A stretch of DNA of 64,000 nt from Candidatus Krumholzibacteriota bacterium (GTDB lineage: Bacteria > Krumholzibacteriota > Krumholzibacteriia > JAJRXK01): positions 736,001 to 800,000 of the forward strand of contig CAVXTH010000009.1 of assembly GCA_963764625.1 (NCBI GenBank). The letters are read 5' to 3'. The notes beneath the pieces were generated by a model, which was given only the letters and a program-made list of their open reading frames with translations, searched no databases and was not told the DNA's origin. The translations under genes and the position numbers were made by a program. Below, one piece after another: positions 59,592 through 64,000 of the stretch (position 1 is the first letter of the stretch; every line of letters begins with the position of its first letter).

Positions 59592-61007
59592 ATGGCAAGC
59601 GAAGTGATCATGCCTCAGATGGGCGAGAGTATCGCCGAGGGCACCATCACCAAGTGGCTCAAGAAGGTGGGGGATTCGGTCGAACACGACGAGCCCCTGT
59701 TCGAGATCTCGACCGACAAAGTCGACGCGGAGATTCCGGCTCCCCAGGCGGGAACCCTTCTGGAGATCCTGGTGGGGGAAGGGGAAACGGTGGAGATCAA
59801 CACCGTGGTCGCGCGCATTGGCACAGAAGACGGCGCCGGCGCCAAGGGTGCCACTGTGGAGACCCCGAAGCCTTCGGACGGAGCCCCCGCGCCGCAGGCG
59901 ACTGCTTCGCCCTCCGCCGAGCCCCGCCCAAAGAGCCAGGCTCCGGCGAAGTCCGAGCTCACCCCCAATGCGTCGCAGCCCACCCCGCAGGGTCCTGCTT
60001 CTAAAGCGGAGCGCATCCGCACCAAGAGCTCGCCGGTGGTGCGCAAGATCGCGGCCGAGCACGGGATCGACATTAGCTCGATTCAAGGGAGCGGAATCCA
60101 GGGACGGGTGACCAAGAGGGACATCCTGGCCTATATCGAGAAAGGTGGCGCCCCGGCCGCGGCACCGGCCCAAACTCTCTCGCGTGCCCCCGCGCTGGCT
60201 TTCGCCGCGCAGGGCGGCGCGCAGGAGCGCGTCTCAGCTGAGAGCGGTTCGATGCTGGGAGTGAGCGCTTGGCCGGCCAAGAAGGTAGAGGCCTATCTCT
60301 CCACTCCAGGAGCGAACGATACGGTCGAGCCCCTATCGCAGATGCGCAAGAAGATCGCCGAGCACATGGTCATCTCCAAAGCGCTGTCGCCGCACGTCCA
60401 CAGCCTGTACGAAGTCGATATGAGTCGAGTCGACGAGTTGCGCAAGGCGCACCGCGACGAGTTCATCAAGGCTTCCGGAGGCGCCAATCTCAGCTACACC
60501 GTGTTCATGGTGAAGGCCGTCGTCGACGCGCTCCGTGCCACTCCGGTGGTGAACGCGTCGGTGCTGGGCGACGAAGTGATCTACCACAACGACATCAACG
60601 TGGGGTTAGCGGTAGCGCTCGAACAGGGTCTCATCGTTCCGGTGATTCGCCGCGCCCAGGACCTCTCCATGACCGGGATCGCGCGCGCCATCGACGACCT
60701 GGCCACCAGGGCACGAAACCGTCAGCTCGAGCTCGGTGAAATCCAGGGCTCCACCTTCTCCATCACCAACCCGGGCTCCTTCGGCGGCCTCATCGGCTTC
60801 CCGGTTATCTCCCAGCCCAACGTGGCGATCCTGGGGATGGGAACGGTGGAGAAGCGGGTTTGCGTGATCAACGATGCCATCGCCATCCGGCCGAAGATGT
60901 ACATGACGCTGGGCTATGATCACCGCCTGGTGGACGGGGCCACGGCCGAGGTATTCCTGAGCTCGGTGAAGAAGACTCTGGAGAACTTCGACGAAACCGC
61001 GCTCTAG
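59592..61007 (+). CDS. Dihydrolipoamide acyltransferase (E2)
   Basis: Lipoyl domain STDKVD; E3-binding SPVVRKIA...GRVTKRD; YDHRLVDGA. Confidence 0.95.
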   Translation: MASEVIMPQMGESIAEGTITKWLKKVGDSVEHDEPLFEISTDKVDAEIPAPQAGTLLEILVGEGETVEINTVVARIGTEDGAGAKGATVETPKPSDGAPAPQATASPSAEPRPKSQAPAKSELTPNASQPTPQGPASKAERIRTKSSPVVRKIAAEHGIDISSIQGSGIQGRVTKRDILAYIEKGGAPAAAPAQTLSRAPALAFAAQGGAQERVSAESGSMLGVSAWPAKKVEAYLSTPGANDTVEPLSQMRKKIAEHMVISKALSPHVHSLYEVDMSRVDELRKAHRDEFIKASGGANLSYTVFMVKAVVDALRATPVVNASVLGDEVIYHNDINVGLAVALEQGLIVPVIRRAQDLSMTGIARAIDDLATRARNRQLELGEIQGSTFSITNPGSFGGLIGFPVISQPNVAILGMGTVEKRVCVINDAIAIRPKMYMTLGYDHRLVDGATAEVFLSSVKKTLENFDETAL

Positions 61008-61020
61008 CCGGAGGGCGCCG

Positions 61021-61683
61021 ATGCCGATGCCCGATTGTCACTACCGCTCGCTCGGCCGCGTCGGGTACGAGGAGGCGGCGCGGTTGCAGGAAGAGCTGGT
61101 GAACCGCCGCCGCCGCGGGGAGATCCCCGATCAGCTCCTGCTCCTGGAGCACCCCCACGTCCTCACCAAGGGCAGCCGCGCGCGTGAGGAACACATCCTG
61201 GTGGACGCAGCGGCGCGCGATTCTCTGGGGCTCACGGTGCACGAATCGGGTCGGGGAGGGGACGTGACCTATCACGGTCCCGGGCAGCTCGTGGGCTATC
61301 CCATCCTCCAGCTCCAGAAAGAGGAGCAGGACGCCCATCGCTATTTGAGGCAGCTAGAGGAAGTGCTCATCCGCGTGCTCGAGCGTCTCGGCATTCCCGC
61401 GCAGCGGAATCCCCGCTACACCGGAGTCTGGGTGGGCGATGCCAAGGTGGCGGCCATCGGGGTGCGACTCAGCCACTGGGTCACAAGCCATGGATTCGCG
61501 TTGAACGTGAACTGTGACTTGAGTTACTTCGATACGATCGTGCCCTGTGGGATCCAGGGCAAGCGGGTCTCGTCGCTCAGCGACCTGGGCCTCGCATCGT
61601 TGAACCTGGAGCAGGTCACTCCCGACCTCGTCTCGCAGTTCGGCACGGTATTTCAGCGCCAGATGGTCGCGAAAGAGAATTGA
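61021..61683 (+). CDS. lipB: Octanoyltransferase
   Basis: LEHP, RGGDVTYHGPGQLVGYP, KVAAIG, HGFALN, IVPCG. Confidence 0.96.
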   Translation: MPMPDCHYRSLGRVGYEEAARLQEELVNRRRRGEIPDQLLLLEHPHVLTKGSRAREEHILVDAAARDSLGLTVHESGRGGDVTYHGPGQLVGYPILQLQKEEQDAHRYLRQLEEVLIRVLERLGIPAQRNPRYTGVWVGDAKVAAIGVRLSHWVTSHGFALNVNCDLSYFDTIVPCGIQGKRVSSLSDLGLASLNLEQVTPDLVSQFGTVFQRQMVAKEN

Positions 61684-61685
61684 TC

Positions 61686-62600
61686 ATGCCCAGAGAGAGT
61701 CTGCAGGAGCGCATCGCGAAACGCCCGCCCTGGCTGCGAGTCCGTTTGCGCGATTCCAAAGCGGTGCAAGACGTGAACTCCATGATGCGCTCCCTGCGCC
61801 TGACCACCGTCTGTGAAGAGGCGCAGTGCCCCAACCTCTTCGAGTGCTGGTCGGCGCGCACCGCGACCTTCATGCTGATGGGCGAGGTCTGCACGCGGCA
61901 TTGTGGATTCTGCGCGGTGAAGAAGGGGGTGACCCTTGCCCTCGATCCCCAAGAGCCCGGGCACGTGGCCGAGGCGGTGCAGCGGCTGAAACTCAACCAC
62001 GCCGTGGTCACCAGCGTCAATCGCGACGACCTAGAGGACGGCGGAGCGGCCCATTTCGCGGCCACGATCGAGGCAATTCGCCGGGTGAACCCTGAGTGTA
62101 AGGTCGAGGTCCTCATCCCCGATTTCCAGGGCCGAGAGAGCGCGCTTCAGACCGTCCTTGCCGCCAAGCCCGAAGTCCTCAACCACAACGTGGAGACGGT
62201 GCCCCGGCTCTACTCACGCGTCCGCCACGGTTCGGATTTCCAGCGCAGCCTCACCCTCCTGCGCCGCGCCGCGCGGGCCAAACCCGAGTCCATTCTGCGG
62301 ACCAAGAGTGGCCTGATGCTGGGTCTGGGAGAGACTCTCGAGGAAGTCTACGAGCTCTGTGCGCGTCTGCGCGAAGCAGAGGTCGATGTCTTGACCATCG
62401 GGCAATACCTCCAGCCCTCCGCCCGGCATCTGCCGGTGGAACGCTGGGTTTCCCCGCAAGAATTCGAGGAGATCGGCGCGCGCACACAGACTCTCGGGTT
62501 CGCGCACGTGGAGAGCGGCGTGTTCGTCCGCTCGTCCTACCATGCGGAACGGCACGTTCCTGCAACCAGTGAGAATTTGGGGCCAGGCGAGCTAGCGTGA
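61686..62600 (+). CDS. lipA: Lipoyl synthase
   Basis: CEEAQCPNLFEC, CTRHCGFC, NHNVETV, GQYLQPS, VRSSY. Confidence 0.97.
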   Translation: MPRESLQERIAKRPPWLRVRLRDSKAVQDVNSMMRSLRLTTVCEEAQCPNLFECWSARTATFMLMGEVCTRHCGFCAVKKGVTLALDPQEPGHVAEAVQRLKLNHAVVTSVNRDDLEDGGAAHFAATIEAIRRVNPECKVEVLIPDFQGRESALQTVLAAKPEVLNHNVETVPRLYSRVRHGSDFQRSLTLLRRAARAKPESILRTKSGLMLGLGETLEEVYELCARLREAEVDVLTIGQYLQPSARHLPVERWVSPQEFEEIGARTQTLGFAHVESGVFVRSSYHAERHVPATSENLGPGELA

Positions 62601-62732
62601 ACCACTCGCCGTTCGTTTCGGATCCGGGCTCAGGTGTGTGAACAGCGTGATCAACTTGAGATTGCTCTGCCGCTTGACTACCGGGGGAGCGTAAGGGCGA
62701 CGCTTCTGGCTGGCGTCGTACATCGTCTTCAT
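62592..62732 (-). CDS. Putative RiPP precursor with lasso-type leader (46 aa)
   Basis: MKTMYDASQKRRPYAPPVVKRQSNLKLITLFTHLSPDPKRTASGSR; YxxPxVxxxSxLxxIT matches the lasso leader YxxPxLxxxGxxxxxT spacing; GGAGAG 8 nt upstream of the ATG. Confidence 0.65.
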   Translation of the reverse strand: MKTMYDASQKRRPYAPPVVKRQSNLKLITLFTHLSPDPKRTASGSR

Positions 62733-62992
62733 GGCGCGATCTCTCCGCAACTTGAAACCAATCGATGATGCCGGGCCGGCGTAAGGCTCGGCAGCGTGCT
62801 GATAGCGGCCAATATAGGTCAAATTGCTCAGGCGCGCACCATCCTGGATTTGACTTTTTTGCCCTTGAGCCAAGTTTTTTTCGGCCTGATCTCGCCCGCG
62901 CTGTCTTCTTGCGAGGACGATGAGCCCTGGACTACACTGCCGGCGCCGCAGCGAAGGGACAATCGTCACGCGCGCAGAGGAGGGAGCCCGCC

Positions 62993-64000
62993 ATGAGCAT
63001 GGAGAAGATCGACGCCGCGCTGGCCCGAGAACTCGAGGGTATGGAGAAGGAGGGACGGGCCAAGGCGCCTGAGAGGGTGATCGTGGGCTATGTTCCCGCC
63101 AAGGGCAAAAGGGGACCCCGCTACCGGCTGCAGGGGAGCGAGCAGGAGTTCATCCGCATGAACTCCAACTCCTACCTCTCGCTCTCCGATCATCCCAAGC
63201 TGGTGGAGGCGGCCGACCGGGCCACCCACGAGTTCGGGGTGGGTCCGGGCGCGGTACGCTTCATCGACGGCACCTTCAGTCATCATCGCAAACTGGAGAT
63301 CGCCATCGCCGAGTACCTGGGGAAACCCGCCGCGAAGATCTTCAACTCCGCTTACACGAGCAATCTGGGACTGGCCCTGACGCTCTCCTCGGCGAGCAGC
63401 TACTGGATCGGGGATGCCCTCAACCACAACTGCATCATCCGCGGCATGCGCATCGCCGGGGTTCCCTCCCAGCAGAGGGCCATCTACGCCCACAACGACC
63501 TGGCCGAGCTGAAAAGCCGCCTCGAGGCGGTTCCTCAGGGAATGGAGCGAGTGTTCGTCATTTTCGACGGCATTTTCAGCATGCGGGGGGACTATGCCCC
63601 CCTGCAGAGGATCCAGAAGCTCGTGGCCGAGTACGACGAGCGCTTCTCTGAGGGAATCATCACGATCGTGGACGATTCCCACGGCATCGGAGCCTACGGG
63701 GACAGAGGCCGCGGCACCGAGGACTTCACCTCGGCGCGGGCTGAAGTGGTGGTGGGGACTTTCGGAAAGGCGTTCGGGGTGAACGGCGGGTTCATCGCCG
63801 GAAGCGAGCAGCTCATCGAGGCGGTGCGGCAGAAGGCCGACACCTACATCTACACCAATCCTCTGGGAGTGGCCGACTGCGCCGCCGCGCTGGCCGCGGT
63901 CGAGCTGGCCGCCTCGGCGGAGGGTCAGAAGCGCCTGAAGCACCTCCATGCGCGGGTGGCCCAATTCCGGCGCGGGGTGGCCCTCTTGGGCATCGAGTCC
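62993..64000 (+). CDS. PLP-dependent class II aminotransferase (glycine C-acetyltransferase/BioF family), truncated at window end
   Basis: Translated by hand (absent from the ORF track): MSMEKID...NSNSYLSL, GAVRFIDGT, DALNHNCII, FDGIFSMRGD, VDDSHG, GTFGKAFG; RBS GGAGG. Confidence 0.92.
   Translation, partial: MSMEKIDAALARELEGMEKEGRAKAPERVIVGYVPAKGKRGPRYRLQGSEQEFIRMNSNSYLSLSDHPKLVEAADRATHEFGVGPGAVRFIDGTFSHHRKLEIAIAEYLGKPAAKIFNSAYTSNLGLALTLSSASSYWIGDALNHNCIIRGMRIAGVPSQQRAIYAHNDLAELKSRLEAVPQGMERVFVIFDGIFSMRGDYAPLQRIQKLVAEYDERFSEGIITIVDDSHGIGAYGDRGRGTEDFTSARAEVVVGTFGKAFGVNGGFIAGSEQLIEAVRQKADTYIYTNPLGVADCAAALAAVELAASAEGQKRLKHLHARVAQFRRGVALLGIES

Noticed and set aside
61686-62600. lipA as a radical SAM maturase for the adjacent peptide
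   Set aside because: It has all canonical lipoyl synthase motifs and the lipB/E2 context
62740-62880. Sigma54-like GG/GC pairs upstream of the peptide precursor
   Set aside because: Spacings are 9 or 11 nt rather than the required 10
1-64000. CRISPR arrays, tRNA/rRNA, IS elements, prophage and defence systems
   Set aside because: I saw no spaced repeats, cloverleafs, transposases, integrases or phage genes; reading by eye could miss a small ncRNA

Overview
A 64 kb, high-GC bacterial chromosomal segment with about 57 protein genes and no rRNA, tRNA, CRISPR array or mobile element that I can recognise. FlgD/T9SS-like C-terminal sorting domains and a SprE/PorW-like lipoprotein suggest an FCB-superphylum lineage such as Ca. 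Krumholzibacteriota or Latescibacterota (inference only). Contents in order: an acyl-CoA catabolism cluster; two blocks of exosortase/PEP-CTERM-type surface-polysaccharide genes; a ~1500 aa secreted PcRGLX/YetA-like protein with Ig domains; tricorn protease and an OPT transporter; an S1/P1-type nuclease; ETF-QO; dusB; a PyrR-attenuated pyrR-B-C-(TPR)-K-D operon; a minus-strand rmd-rmd-ugd-wzx-wecA operon ending in a degenerate HemC and an unknown P-loop protein; a nucleotidyltransferase with a stand-alone PqqD/RRE; a 2-oxoacid dehydrogenase operon with lipB and lipA; and a truncated kbl-like gene. The main leads are: (1) a 46-aa peptide with lasso-type leader spacing hidden behind lipA, whose likely partners lie 7 kb away; (2) a HemC pseudoenzyme coupled to a kinase-fold protein; (3) three sigma54-type promoters linking the glycosylation genes to the large secreted protein. 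Four genes are split by single-base frameshifts, most likely long-read consensus errors. Family assignments come from motif recognition by eye, not from database searches.
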